DNA of 64,000 nt, taken from the NCBI GenBank assembly GCA_010093815.1, contig ML996584.1, one strand, 5' to 3'. This document shows positions 12,819 through 25,744 of the stretch, piece after piece. The position numbers and the translations under genes are program-made. The DNA comes from Pseudovirgaria hyperparasitica. Lineage: Eukaryota. The notes beneath the pieces were generated by a model. That model was not told where the DNA came from, made no database searches, and saw nothing but the letters and a program-made list of their open reading frames with translations. Each line of letters starts with the position of its first letter. Position 1 is the stretch's first letter.

Positions 12819-13304
12819 ATGCCCCCACCAGCCATTCTCGAAAGAGCCGCGAGCACCGAAATCACGTCGCTGTCTCACGACACTATGGAAGGCTCCAACA
12901 TGCTCGGGACCCATGCTTCAGCCTTCACCTCGGCGCCGTCGTCGACCAGCGTACCCTCTAATGTGCCATCCTCAGCACCGCCGCAGATCACAATCGCCAT
13001 CATCACCCCTACACAACCACCAGCATCCGAGCCAACGTCGAAAGCCTCGTATTCAGGAAGTTCTTTCAGGATTGCTCACGTTATCATTGTTGCTGCCGTG
13101 CTGGGCACGCTGGCTGTTCTATCGGCAATGTGGATAAGGCGCAAGCGAAAGAGAAGAGCAAATCGTGCAGAGGCAGCTGCAGCAGAAAGATGGCCAGCTC
13201 TAACTGTGGAGGAAGATTTGCCACCGTACAGGAGATATGCAGAGAGTATCAAATCTGGGACTGGGTCATTCCTCAAGAATTGGGTACCAGGACGCAAGAA
13301 CTAA
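12819..13304 (+). CDS. Hypothetical single-pass membrane protein with LPPY motif
   Basis: Ser/Thr/Pro-rich N-terminus, TM helix IAHVIIVAAVLGTLAVLSAMWI, RRKRKRR, then EEDLPPY. Confidence 0.6.
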   Translation: MPPPAILERAASTEITSLSHDTMEGSNMLGTHASAFTSAPSSTSVPSNVPSSAPPQITIAIITPTQPPASEPTSKASYSGSSFRIAHVIIVAAVLGTLAVLSAMWIRRKRKRRANRAEAAAAERWPALTVEEDLPPYRRYAESIKSGTGSFLKNWVPGRKN

Positions 13305-13436
13305 TAGGTCGAAGCCAGGCACATCAGAGATACAGCCCATTACCACTATGATTATTATTTCTTCTCCACCAATGGCTTATCACGCAGTGCTTTCAAGTTT
13401 GCTGTGATGGTGGAATCAATACGCTCTAGGGATACT

Positions 13437-15344
13437 TCATGTAGTGCCACTGCCTTCGCCGTCTCCCCTATCATTACCCTGCCCATCTCTTCTCCTCTTC
13501 TTCCACCATCGCAGCTTAAACCATACTCCTGGTTCCTCTTGCCTTTGACCGTCTCCACTTACTATCCGCGACTGTCCTATGCTTTCATCAGTATCATCTC
13601 CGTCGCTAGTGGCAGCCTGGTCATCATCACGGAGAGCGGTAAGTTGTTCACGTAAGGGCGTCTGAGTTAATCCTTCCCACCATGATTTTCGACGCCATTG
13701 ATCGAAAGTGCTACTTCGAGCTGGGCTCCTGATGTTGGTCCGCAGGGGAGGCAGGGTTCCACTCCTGGGTCGCTTATACCCTTCAGCACGTAAAGATTGC
13801 GGAGAACGTGGTGCGTGTGCAATCGAACTTCTCCTCTGTTCCGATGCATCATTCAATTCGTCCCATATCTCCTCGGCTTCGGCGCTAATTGTAACATTGC
13901 GCCTCACCGTGCGCCGTGGACTGAAACGGCCAGGACTTTTTCTACCTCTTACAGCTCCAGATGGCGCCGTAGGCGCACGAAGTAGAGGAGTGCGTTCATC
14001 CAGACTAGACTTTCTCCGATTTAAGGGAGCTGAGAATTGGTGCACTGCTTGGGGAGGACTGAATCCATGCTCTTCATCAAAATCCTGCCGATAATGGTCT
14101 TCAGAGAGGAACGGCTCGATTCCTTCCTGATCGTCCCCAATGGTCGCACTCACAATTCCCATCCCAGGTGTCAGCGCTGTGACCGGAGGTTGGACGACAC
14201 CGGACTGTGACATGTGTGACGTTGGAGAAACTCCGGGATCTTGCTGCTCCAGTCTCCAACTGAGCGCTAGTACGCCAGCGAGTAGAATGACGGTACCGAC
14301 TGCAACAAGTCCGGCGTGTAGAGGTGTTAATCGAGAAGTCTGGTTGAAGTAGATGAGTCCATCTATGATCGCGATGATGTTGTAAATGCAAAAAACAAAG
14401 GGGTATAGAACACTGGTGCTGCAGAGCTTAAGTCCGCGGTGGAGGTACCAAAGTTGGGACAGCGCCAAAAATATAAGACCTAGAAGAATCATCCACGACT
14501 GCCAACGGTCAAACTGATTACGCCTGTCGACAATGGTACGGACGAGTAGTTCGACGGCTGATTTGGCTAGGAGGAGACAATGGGCTGACAGAACGCCGCT
14601 AACGAAGCCGAAAAACATTCCTCGCAGAAGACGGGTACGTGTGGACTGCCTCGCCGAGAACCGTTTGACTGCCCACGCCGCTACGATTGACATAAGCACC
14701 ATGACCGCGGTACCGATAAGCCATACAATGAAGTGAGGACGAGCCAAGAGGTTTAGAAGTTCGTTGAGAGTGTGAGAGGGTTCATTCATCGAGCCGTAGA
14801 TGCCGATCAGGATGGCTCCTCCAGCCACCAGGACAGTCCCAAACAGCGAATACCGCGTGAAAGGTTCCTTGAGGATTACCGCAGCGCATATAGAGTTGAA
14901 CACGAGGCCAGACTGGTTCATCCTGTCAGCACAGAATATATCGTACACATAGACACTTTGCAACTGACTGCTTGTAATGTTGAGAGCACTGGTAGCGGTA
15001 GAGTCGTAATCTGAATGGTACTGCCAACAATATTGCTCAGCAAGAACATTCCCATGCCAATCTGCCACCGTCTTCTCCGGTATGGGGGCCTTCTTTGTTC
15101 GTATTCATCCTTCTCTTCTTCCAGTAAATGCGACTTTCGCTGGAGGGTCAGGCCGACACCTTGAATAGCCGTAGATAGGAGTCCCACGATAACGCCGAGC
15201 TACGAGTTGATTAGCGGTGTCGAGGGTGAATGATTGGAGTAGTTGTAAGTCCCTCTCCCGTCGTGATCAACGTAGGTGGTTCAGGCGGTCTTGCGGAGGA
15301 AGGGTGCTCACCGCAAAGCTGGCGCCCTGAGAAAGGTCCACCAT
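13437..15344 (-). CDS. NIPA/DUF803-family putative Mg2+ transporter
   Basis: Exons MVDLSQGASFA / LGVIVGLLSTAIQGVGLTLQRKSH...RRRWQIGM...LPVLSTLQA / SGLVFNSICA..., multiple TM helices, disordered C-tail. Confidence 0.82.
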
Positions 15345-15854
15345 TCAAGTGTACAACAACCAAGACTTGGTAGCAAGGCCTTCTTGCTACCGAGCCAACA
15401 TGGGCATTGTGAGCGTATTTGAATCAGTTTTTGGTCGTCTTTCAGTTTGAGCGAGGCGGCGCAACTTCAACAGCTTCTTCGATAATGAATAATACTAGGG
15501 ATTCAACAATGGCCAAGGTTGAACGTGTGCGGCGGAGAAGGCGATGCTGGTAGGTGAAGGAGGTTGGATTTATATGCAGCTCGTGGGTTGATAAGGTACC
15601 TCGCTGCCAGTATTCAGTCACCTGGGCAGTTGCAGTTATGCGGTCTATTGCGTTTCGTGACGCCGTTTCGCCATAGAAGGGCTTGGCGTCGCGCTAAAGA
15701 TCGGGTGGTCCTGGACAACAGGGCCCTGACCTTGACCTCGATCAACCTCGTGGATAGGAAGCTGCAGCTAACGTCTACTTCATACACCCGATCCTCTGTT
15801 CACCACATCTGCGTTAACTTGCTCTTCATATCATCCTCGTATCACACGCCCGTC

Positions 15855-16657
15855 ATGTCTCAGGTGCACGCAATGTCGGACGACCAGGTATGCACCTCAT
15901 GATGCTACGGAGAGAGCTCAATGGACGGCCACTAATTGGGTGCAGGTCTCGGCGGAGTTGAAGAAGATGACTGCGTTCATCAGGCAAGAAGCTCTCGAAA
16001 AAGCCAACGAGATCCAAATTAAGGCCGACGAGGAGTTCGCCATTGAAAAGTCCAAGCTAGTCCGTCAAGAAACCGCCTCCATCGACACCGCATACGAAAA
16101 GAAGTTCAAGCAAGCGTCGATGTCTCAGCAAATCACAAGATCTACCGTTTCAAACAAGACCCGCCTCCGACTCCTAAGTGCCCGACAAGAGCTACTAGAC
16201 AAGCTGTTTGAGGAGGCGCGGGGGAAGCTGCCCACAGTGACCAAGGACAAGAAGAAGTACCAAGAGGTGTTGAAGGGTCTGATTCTTGAGGGACTGTATG
16301 CTCTGTCGGAAAACAAAATCCAGTTGAGGGCACGGGCATCCGACTATGATATCGTCAAAAAGAGCATAGACGACGCGCAGAAGGAATACAAGAGCAAGAC
16401 TGGCAGTGACGTCAAAATAGAGATTGATGAGAAGGAGCCGCTCCCCAAAGATTCGTAAGGTCCATTGTAGCTCAATATATTGATACATAAGCTAACGAAG
16501 TGACAGGGCTGGCGGTGTAAGCATTATTGGTGGAGGTGGAAAGATTGATATCAACAATACCTTTGAAGAAAGGTTACGGCTATTAGAGACTGATGCCCTA
16601 CCAACTATTCGAGCGACGCTGTTCGGCGAGAACGAGAACCGTAAATTCCACGATTGA
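15855..16657 (+). CDS. VMA4: V-type ATPase V1 subunit E
   Basis: MSDDQ/VSAELKKMTAFIRQEALEKANEIQIKADEEFAIEKSKLVRQE; last exon GGV...KIDINNTFEERL...LFGENENRKFHD*; two introns. Confidence 0.96.
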
Positions 16658-16932
16658 GCGCAAGGTTCCATACGGCTTGTGTGTAACTGGCCCTACGAAT
16701 ATAGAGATAGCGGTCATAGTGGAGTTGACGAACCAAGCTTGCAAGAACGGTCTAAAGACCACAGTGTAGACTATACATTTTGTGCAAGCAACCCAAACGA
16801 TGTATTTGGCCATAAGATGCTGAGAAGTCTCATCTAGTAGTTCCACGTTGCTACAATTGGAACGCCATATGTCGTACCTGCTTAAGTGATGTGTCTCAAC
16901 ATCACGTGGCGTCATCGTCTACTCCAACGTCC

Positions 16933-19101
16933 TCACAACCTCGCACTCGAACGTGTCTGATTGAGTTTTTCAGCATCCTCCTTCGTAAACTCAATGAACG
17001 GCTGTGATTCCTTCGTTGCAACGCCTGGGTTGTTCACCGCTGCAGGGCACCAAAGCAACCTATCAGGCGTGCCACCCTCCGTCATATCCGCCTCAATCTT
17101 TTCTAAATCAATACCCGCCTTCTTATACGGCACCTTGTTCGGTTTGTTATTGTGCATGGGCTTGTAATCAACCATGATACGCAGGAAGACCGGCACAGCG
17201 TACTTCGGCAGCTTTTCGTGCAGATACGCATGCAGCGCCTTGAAGTCGAAGTTACTTCTCCGGGAAGGCTCAATGTAGATTGCAGCACAACCGGCGCGAC
17301 CGTCATTTCCAGGCACTTCGACGCCGTATACCATAGCCTCACCGATGCCGGGGTAGTGGCCGAGGGCCTCGGTCACTTCTTGAGTTGATACGTTTTCGCT
17401 CTTCCATCGGAATGTATCGCCAAGCCTGTGATCATGTTAGTATAAGGTTTTGGGCCAAAATTTGAAGATTAAGCTGACCTGTCCATAAAATACCATAGGC
17501 CGTCTGGAGTCCGCCGCAAGGCATCACCTGTTCTATAGTAGACATCACCCTTTTCGAACAGGTCCGACACGAATTTCTTATTCGTCGCTGAGTCGTTCTC
17601 CCAGTACCCGACAAAGGCCTTTTTGTTTGGAATCTTGACGACAATCTCCCCGCCTTCTTCGTATGGTTTCCTAATTCCCCAGCCGGTCTTTGGGTCTCTC
17701 GCGATCTCCTCAGTCTCCGGGTCGATTTCCACAGGGATGTAGACGTTGCGAAGCATAAACCGTAACAGCACACCATGGTGTCCGACCGCTGTGGCTTTAT
17801 AGGGACCACCCGCCAAGTTGAAGAGACCGAACATGCCCTCAGTGCTATTAAAGAACTCGCCGATTCGCGCGATACCGAAACGCTCCTGGAACCTCAGCCA
17901 CACGTCCGGTCGCAATCCGTTTCCATACATGAGCGAGATACTGTGATCTTTGTCTTGGGAACTTGGCGGTTGATTCAAGAGATATCGTGCTGTTTCGCCA
18001 ACGTACACAAAGGCCGTCGCGTGTGAAGCTCGGACATCGTTCCAGAATCCTGACGTGCTGAACTTTTTACCAATGCAGAGAGTCATGCCTCCAGAGACGC
18101 AGGTCACGGCCATGGTGTTACCAGTACCGTGGTAGAGTGGCATACAATTGTACCAGCGGGTCCCGTTCGGGCCTGTCTTTAAGTCTAAAGCGCGGATTCG
18201 ACTCGATCCTAAGTCGTTCGCTCTTTGCATCTCGAATGCACATGCCTTGGGATGGCCGGTTGAGCCACTTTATGTTTGATCAGCGATTTCGACGAGTCTT
18301 TGTTCTTTTCTTGAGTGCACTAACCTCGTGTATAGGAGACACATTGGGAATTCTGGCTTCATGTCTTCTCTGAGATGGTCACCTGGTCTTTCCGGCTTCA
18401 ACGCATTAATCTGGCTTTTGAGGGTACTATCCAGAACAATGATGCGGATCCCTAATTCTTGTTCGATCCCCGAGCGCGATTCGTCGATTCTTGCTCGACA
18501 CCCATCATCCTCATCCACGATCATGATCTTGGTGCCGCTAACCTTCAAACAATGTATCAGAGCATCGCCAGCCAGATTATAGTTGATCAATGCCGGTGCA
18601 CAGCCCATAGCCCACGTCCCTAGCTGGGCAAATACGAACTCCGGATGATTCATAAGGTAGAAAGCACACAGCTGTCCCGGTTCCATCCCAAGGTTGATGA
18701 AGAACTGTGCATAGCGACAGGATTGGTCGTACGCCTCCGACCACGAATACACTCCATTTCGAGACCAGATGCAATCCATGTTTGAAGATGCTAGGAGCCG
18801 CGCTTGCTCTTCGAATTGGTACCACACATCGACTCGCTTGCTCTTGACTGCAATTGAATCAGATCTTTCTCTGCAAGCATGGCTATGGAGTCAGCGTAAC
18901 TTACTTGCTCGGTTAAGCTCCCATCCCGCGCGCTTCAACACCGACAGCGTCTTCAGATCCTGTCTCACGTGGTATTTCGCATCGAGATACGAGGTCGCCG
19001 CCGTCAAGCCTGCCACGGCCGCAATGCCAGTTGCTGAGCGCAAATATTAGCATCAGTCACCTCCATGATCTCAATCCAGTGAACCACTCACTTATAGCCA
19101 T
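16933..19101 (-). CDS. FAT1: Very-long-chain acyl-CoA synthetase / fatty acid transport protein (FATP family), peroxisomal
   Basis: AMP-binding YTSGSTGHPK split by an intron, FATP motif YFMDRLGDTFRWKSENV, YGVEVPGNDGRAG, C-terminal PTS1 ARL. Confidence 0.88.
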
Positions 19102-19739
19102 GCTTACGGACTCTTGAAGCCAAGGAGAAACAGTAAACAGTGATACTGCCGAGCAAACAGCTATACAGATTGTACCGCCGCGCGAGGTCGAATGCTACGG
19201 CTGCTACCCTACCCGTTATGCCGTGGAGCCTCGGGCCATCACGCCTGCCTGCCAGCTAGTGACAGTTGCCATGATTTGCTGCCGACGTTTGGGGCCCCAC
19301 CTCCGCTCAAGCCGTCCATAGCATTGCCTGGTCGAACTGCCGACTGGTGACTGCTAACCCATGACAGAGACATAACCGGCTGGGATTGGTATTCGCGATG
19401 ATGGGCTGAGCCGGCAATGTCCCTGAACAATAGGCCCTATTATGCAGCTTTACTCACTCTATGCAATGAATTCTCCGGCCCCATCATGGCCACCCAATCA
19501 TAAAACCCCAAGATGCTATACTTTAAGCCTAATGTGGACTAGCAAAACCATTCAAACCCAACCATCCTTGAGATTGTCCAGGTTTCTTAAGCATCAATCA
19601 TATATATTATCATCCACTTCAATCGCCATGCGACCAGTGAGTTCTCTGGTCTATTTTAACATTAAGTAGCCAGCCTCGTCACGCTACAAAACAGTGGCTA
19701 GAATCAGTCGCTAGACGTAATCGTCACGGTGTACCATAG

Positions 19740-19990
19740 CGATTTTCTATCTGTAACTAGACGCTAGATAATAACATCCTATAGAGATTATGATCTGTTA
19801 TCTACAACGTACTATATATAGATATATTGATCTAAATGTATTAATTCAAGTTTATCAGCTGTCTATCGTATAATACATTAAGATTTAAAGGTTTAGTCAA
19901 GATAAGAAATAGAAGTAGAGTAATAAGTTTATATTATAGAAATCTACTATTATAGACATCTACTATTATAGAATAGAGCATATGCAAGTC
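19740..19990. other. AT-rich RIP-like patch
   Basis: Visibly TpA-rich and CpA/TpG-poor; direct repeat ATCTACTATTATAGA twice near 19942-19972. Confidence 0.65.
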
Positions 19991-19999
19991 GTTAAACTG

Positions 20000-20820
20000 C
20001 TACCGGGTTTCGGGTTTCGGTTTAGGCGCCTACCAAGATTGGGAGACGGTAACTTGGATCTTGTAAAGTGCAGTAGCGAATCATATCGCACCATCCTCTA
20101 CTGAAGAGGTAGTACTGTGCACATCGTTGAAGTTCTACCTGGAAACGGGTTTCGCTTTACGGTATTTTGGGGTCTGCGTAAAGCTCAGTAGCGAATCATA
20201 TCATAGGGAACCCCTCTCAAAGAGGTAGTACTATGTATATATCGTTGAAGTTCTATCCTAAAAACGGGTTTTCAATTTAGGTGCTCACTAGGATTGGAAA
20301 ACGGTATTTGGATCACTATAAAAAGCAGTAGCGAATCATATCATAGGAACCTCTCCTAAAGAGGTAGTACTGTATATATCGTTGAAGTTATACCTAGAAA
20401 CGACTTTTAGTTTCAGCGTGTAGTCAGACTGGAAACAGGATTCTGTTCTGCTATGCATAGAGTGTAGTAGCGATTCGTATAGTAGCATTCTTTCGAAAGA
20501 GGCAATAATACATACATCGTTGAAGTCCCAACTAGAAACGGGGTTTTTTGGTTTAACTTTCCACCGAGACTGGGAAACGGGTTCTGTGCTGCTGTGAACA
20601 GAGCATAGTAGCGAATTACATGGTATTATTCCTACCAAAGAGGTAATAACACATATATCGTTGGTCTTCTGGCTCAAAAACGGGTTTCGGTTTTCGATAC
20701 TTCCTTGTAGGACTTGCGAATAAGGTTTAGATCTGCGCAGTAATTACCTGTGTAGCATATTGACCTATATCACAACGATACGCTCTTCCTCGTTACACTT
20801 ACTTCCAGAAAACGGATTCT
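20000..20820. repeat. Degenerate tandem array, 5-6 units of ~140 bp
   Basis: Anchor (C/T)AGTAGCGA at 20071, 20186, 20326, 20465, 20606 (spacings 115, 140, 139, 141), each followed by AAGAGG(T/C)A, ATCGTTG and AAACG blocks. Confidence 0.85.
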
Positions 20821-20834
20821 GGGGTTAGGAAGTC

Positions 20835-21470
20835 TTATCTTCGAGACGTGAAGTCGTTCTTCGATATTGAAAACTGGAATGAGTAGAAAAGTGTAGAGGG
20901 TTCTGATTGCCTGTTGAATATATATATATATGTGCATAGTCTGAAGTCATTGTATACGACAACAAGAACATCATAACCTCCCAGTCTTATATCTCTACAA
21001 GCTTTCCAACATGGCAATCGTCTATATACGTACTCGTCTCTACAATTGGTCTGGCAGGTATCACATCTGCATCTCCATCTACACTATCTTCACAGGACAC
21101 CCAATCCGCCTAGCCGTCGCACACTATTGCTTCGCCTGCTTGGCGTGATATTGCGCTCGGTATCGCAAATCGGGCGTCGCAAATCGCTTCATCCTTGGTC
21201 CTAGCCACTTTTTCAGGCCTATAAGCAATCTCGCTCGGCAAGGTCAGCATCCATGGCTGGAGAACGATTCTGTCTGGGCTGGTGCGGCACACTGGACTGT
21301 AATGCTTAATAGTTGTAGGCTTGGGCGTATCATCTCGGTTTCGGTTTACTAGTATTCCTTGGGTGCGGCGCGGTCGTACGGGGCTTAGTCTTGTCCTCCA
21401 GGGTTTTCCATCGAGCTTGGGAACGTTCGCAAGGGATCGAAGGTTGGTGATTGATGATTTGGGTGGGCAT
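20835..21470 (-). pseudogene. Possible decayed gene (F-box-like fragments)
   Basis: ATG at 21470 followed by stops and frame changes; fragments MLTLPSEI and LPCWKACRDIRLGGYDVLVVVYNDF resemble the LLxLPxEIR and LLxTCRQIxxE...LYxxNxF motifs of fungal F-box-like proteins. Confidence 0.3.
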
Positions 21471-22446
21471 GTTCCTTGATAGATACTACAGCTCTTGACT
21501 CAAATGAAATTCTACGTTGTATCCTTGATAAGTCAGTGACAGTGAATTGTATGGAAAAGCAGCAGACTGCTCGGTGGTGCTTGATAAGCTCTATTTTTAG
21601 ATCATGGGAGCTATTATTCTTGGCGGGGGCGGGCTTTGGGACGCCACAATATGCTTTTGGAGTCTGGTTCGCAACGGTTTGGCTGTGTTAAGGTGACAGT
21701 CGATCATGGTACGTCGTGCTTCGTTGAAAGATGTGCAGGCGGTCCTAAATGATAAACGCTGTCTTGATGTCGGCTTAAGCTCTACGACTTTGACGAGATT
21801 CTGTACCCTCGGGGTCATCGACAGACTGCGCCCTAACATGCGATATGAATTTCAGCTGCTCTTTTTGGGGAGATTGGTGGAGCTAGCGGTGGCTAGTGCG
21901 GATGTTGCGACTGTTGCGAATGCGAAGACCTGTGGCTGGACAGGTTGGCGGTCTTTCGGATGTCGTCTCTCCGCATCTCACAAGCTCCCAACTCTCATAA
22001 CCCAGAAGGCGCAGCACATCACAATATGAGAGATCCGCGAGCCAAGCTTTTGGACGAGTCAGATCTCACGAGATTCGCTAGGGCGTCCAATCGAGTCGCA
22101 TTCACCCTGGTTGAATCTGCGGTGTCAGATTCTAGCTGTCCAGATACATGCAATTATGGTGAACTCTGATTGGCTGAACGATGCGAATGCTTTCAAAGCT
22201 GATGCCCTTACCTCGTCCTTGAGGGCTATTTTAAGAGACCTTACACAATCTACTACCAGTTTAGCCTCTTCAAGCCCCTGGCGCGCGCTGCCCTGAGCTG
22301 CTGTTGTTATATCTTGTATCGATTTCCTGTGATGCCTATGGAATGTGTTATCTTCTCTATGAGCTATAATCCCTTTTCGGCCAAATAACAGTTTGCGCTT
22401 TCAGATCTTTATTTATCTTTGTCTATCTTTGTCGCTCTTCTTCACA

Positions 22447-23490
22447 ATGTCGTACGCAAGCCTCGGCCACGATACAGCATATCATGGCTCACACAGCCGT
22501 TCTGCTAGCGAGAGTCGTGTTAGTAGTGACCGTGAACCTCTTAATCGTGGTAAGTGCAACACCGATCATTGAGAGCATCTTATGCTGACAATCGCAGAAC
22601 ACTCCGACAGCCTCTACGATCCTCACACTCGCACGGGGCGCCCATCATTTTCCCGCTCAGCCCAGAACTCGCCTGCAATGAACCCCCGCATCGAAGTCAA
22701 TGTCCATGAGCCCGAGAAAATCGATCTCGACCGCAAGTTTCCTAACGAATCGGCTGGAATCATACCTACCCGCCCTCGTGGCCCGTCTGGCTGGGCACGC
22801 TTCCTCGCACGCATCCGCACCATCGAAATCGCTCTCCTTCTCATTGGGTCCCTGATCGTCGTCGGTGTCAACGCGGCAGTCATAGTGACGTACAATAAGC
22901 ACCGCGACACGATGAAGATCCGCGACAATGCTTGGACGGGTCATCAGGACAAGTGGCCGGTGTGGCCGTTGGAGGGTATGGACACAAAGCCTATCACGGC
23001 ATACCTTGCAGTCGGATCTGTCAACGCGCTCGTTGCCCTTTGTATGGTACTCTTGAGCTTCCAGAAAAGTTTTCGCCTTATGCAGGGTGTATGCACGGAG
23101 ATTGTCACGATGTTGGTGACAGGTGCGTTTTTTGTCCTGTGGGTTTTGTTGGCGGTGTTCTTGCAGTACCAAGCGGCAGGAAAAAGTGGGCACCACAGCT
23201 TCGTGTAAGTGTAAACAGATACTGTCTGGAGTTTTATGTTGTTACTAATGAAGTACAGGACTTGGTCGTGTTCGCATACGGGCGGGATGTTTAGCCCAGA
23301 CAGCTTCAGCTTCAAAAACATGTGCGCGTTGTCGAGGGCTGGGCGTGCCGGTGGTTGGGTTGCTGGAGCGGCGAACTTGTTGATCTTCCTCACGATCGTA
23401 TTTGGGCTTTGCGCACAGCGGAAGACTAGGGGTTACTCTCAGGTCTCAGGGGGTGCGTGGATGCCGAAATGGAGCCGTGGTCGCAAGTAA
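22447..23490 (+). CDS. Uncharacterised four-TM (MARVEL-like) membrane protein
   Basis: CACAATG start, introns near 22550-22598 and 23205-23258, four hydrophobic helices, WSC...C loop. Confidence 0.7.
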
Positions 23491-23839
23491 AGACGTCGAA
23501 GGCGACTATAGTGTCGTTGCTTGCAGAGATGTCTAAATTGACAGCCGGGCTGGCGGACGTGTTCAAGCGTATGCATGTGTACAGGAGAGGTGCCAGAGTC
23601 GCTTGTCTTGATTGCTTTCCCACTGTTCGAAGTTACGGTCCTGACTGGTATAAATCAACCAAATAGAATCCGGTTCTTTAGTAGTCATGATGCCCTTTCC
23701 TGAAGAATTTCATCCTGCCATGCATGAATTATATTCGAGTAACAAAGAATGTTCTCGGGTGAACTCGATGTTGGAATTGAAAGGCCGTGTTCAGGTGGTA
23801 CCCTCGTATCCTGGCGACCTATCAATTTCCATCATTCAT

Positions 23840-24945
23840 TCATTCGTCGACGAAGTCGGCCATCCCGTCAGATACGGCTTTTTTTACCTGCACGGAGGCT
23901 CGTCCCATCTCCCCTGCCTCCCTTTGTGCTTGCTGAACCCCTTTCGTGATTGCGTTTTGAAACAGAGCATGGAAAATACGCTGTCGATCTTCTCGGTCTT
24001 CGTACATTTCTGTATCCTCATTCCGGGTTGCACCGTGAAGGCTCAGATAGCTAAATGCATTTGAACGCCCCGAAATCAGATGCGACTCGGTATTCCGGAG
24101 GGGGAACCAAGAATCTGCATTCTGAATACCGTCTGAGTCACGGTTATGTGGGTGCAATCCTGCTCTAATGAAGGCAGCTAGTGCTTGGAGCTGTTTTGCC
24201 ATGGCCTTTACATCAGATCCAGCATTGCCGAAGGATAGTTTAGGGCCCGTCCAGGCGCCAGTGGCAGTATGTTCTCTCCAGCCAAGTAAACTAACAAAGC
24301 ATTGAAGAGTTTTGACCCAGCCTCCTTGCGACGATACAGCTCCGGTTCCGTCGACTTGCAGCAGCCACCCAAGAAAGTCGAGGGATGAGTTTCTTATTTC
24401 ACTCGAGAGATGAGTCATTGCTGCTCTGATGTACAATAGTAAGCTTTCGCTGGAACGGACATCAATCTCTGTGGGAGGCAAGCTTTGATACAGTTTCAAC
24501 AACTGTTCTCTAACCGAGCGAGTTCCGTCCAGAATAAGTTGCTGCGACTTCTCGATTATGACCGAGACGGGCTGGGGAAGTGGCTGATTTGGGGGAGTCG
24601 ACGTCACAGCTGTTGTCAGAAAAGCTACGGCGTCTCGACGCTGTGAGTCTCCTTTGTGTGTTACTAGTGCTAGGTAGTGGGCGAACTGTGAGGATGAGTT
24701 TGGCGCAGTTGTACTGAGGGCCTGTTGTTTGACAGTGATTGCTTTGGTTTGTTAGTATGTGACGTAGCTACAAATGATGTGTCTCAGTACATTTCGCTTT
24801 GAAGCTTGTATTCGTCGCATTTGTGGGCTTCGGCTTAGCTTTGCCGACTCTATGCTTGGTTTTCTATACGCACGACTTAGGATTTTTCTGAATATACGTT
24901 CGAAGTACGTACCTGGAAATCTTTCTTTTTCGTGCTTCCTGCCAT
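23840..24945 (-). CDS. IPI1: Pre-rRNA processing protein Ipi1 (Rix1 complex)
   Basis: MAGSTKKKDFQ / KTKHRVGKAKPKPTNATNTSFKAK / AITVKQQAL; LYIRAAMTHLSSEIR; GGWVKTL. Confidence 0.88.
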
Positions 24946-25202
24946 GGCTTTGTATCAACCTAGAAAGGAAAATACTATATTCGGTTATAATCAGTACAAA
25001 TCCTGTCTGTCATGGATGAGTTGAAGAAATCAAGTAGACTAAGTAACTTCTGGTTAGCTCTTGCTTGCGGCAGGCGCACGGATCCCCCGAGCTCTTTCCC
25101 AGCTACTGGAATGAAGAGTACCCAGGTGCTACTGCTCGAATCTCCGTCCTCCTCAAGCATCGCTCTTCGAATCAGATCGGAAGCCGAAGATTGAAATCGA
25201 CA

Positions 25203-25729
25203 ATGTCTCAAAATGCGGTAAGATGCCTAGGAAACCTTTCAAGAACCTTCACTGAAGCCACAAATAGCCAGCCGAAACCCTTGCGCTTCTTACGCGTTTA
25301 AGCCAGAAACCTGGAGTTCAAAGCACTCTCATCCTATCTCGAGAGAACGGAGCGATCGTACGGACCTCTGGCCTAATATCGAGCAGCACATCGGCGAACG
25401 GCAACAACACATTACCAGCCCCTTCCGATAGCGCCGTGGACTTGTACAGCAATGGCAAACCAGAAGGGGGCATACAAAGTGCCGAAGACGTAGCCCGCCT
25501 GGTCTGGTCTTTTGTTGGGTCAGCCAGTACGCTTGCATCCGGACTCGACAAAGATGACGAAGTCAAGCTATTGAGAGTTCGGACCAAAAAGAACGAGCTA
25601 GTCATTGTCCCTGGTATGTAGACTGTCTGCCTTGGGTTCTCACGCCCACATGCTTGCTAGATTAGATATTGACAGTTTCTAGATCCCAAGTTCGTCCTGG
25701 TCGTCATACATGATACTCCTCCAGCATAG
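25203..25729 (+). CDS. Roadblock/LC7 dynein light chain-like protein
   Basis: LTRLSQKPGVQSTLILSRENGAIVRTSG and EVKLLRVRTKKNELVIVP/DPKFVLVVIHDTPPA*; two introns. Confidence 0.85.
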
Positions 25730-25744
25730 AAAACGACGCCTCAC

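Noticed and set aside
20000..20820. CRISPR-like reading of the conserved-block array
   Set aside because: Eukaryotic context, no cas genes, blocks are degenerate and the linkers are homologous to each other rather than unique spacers.
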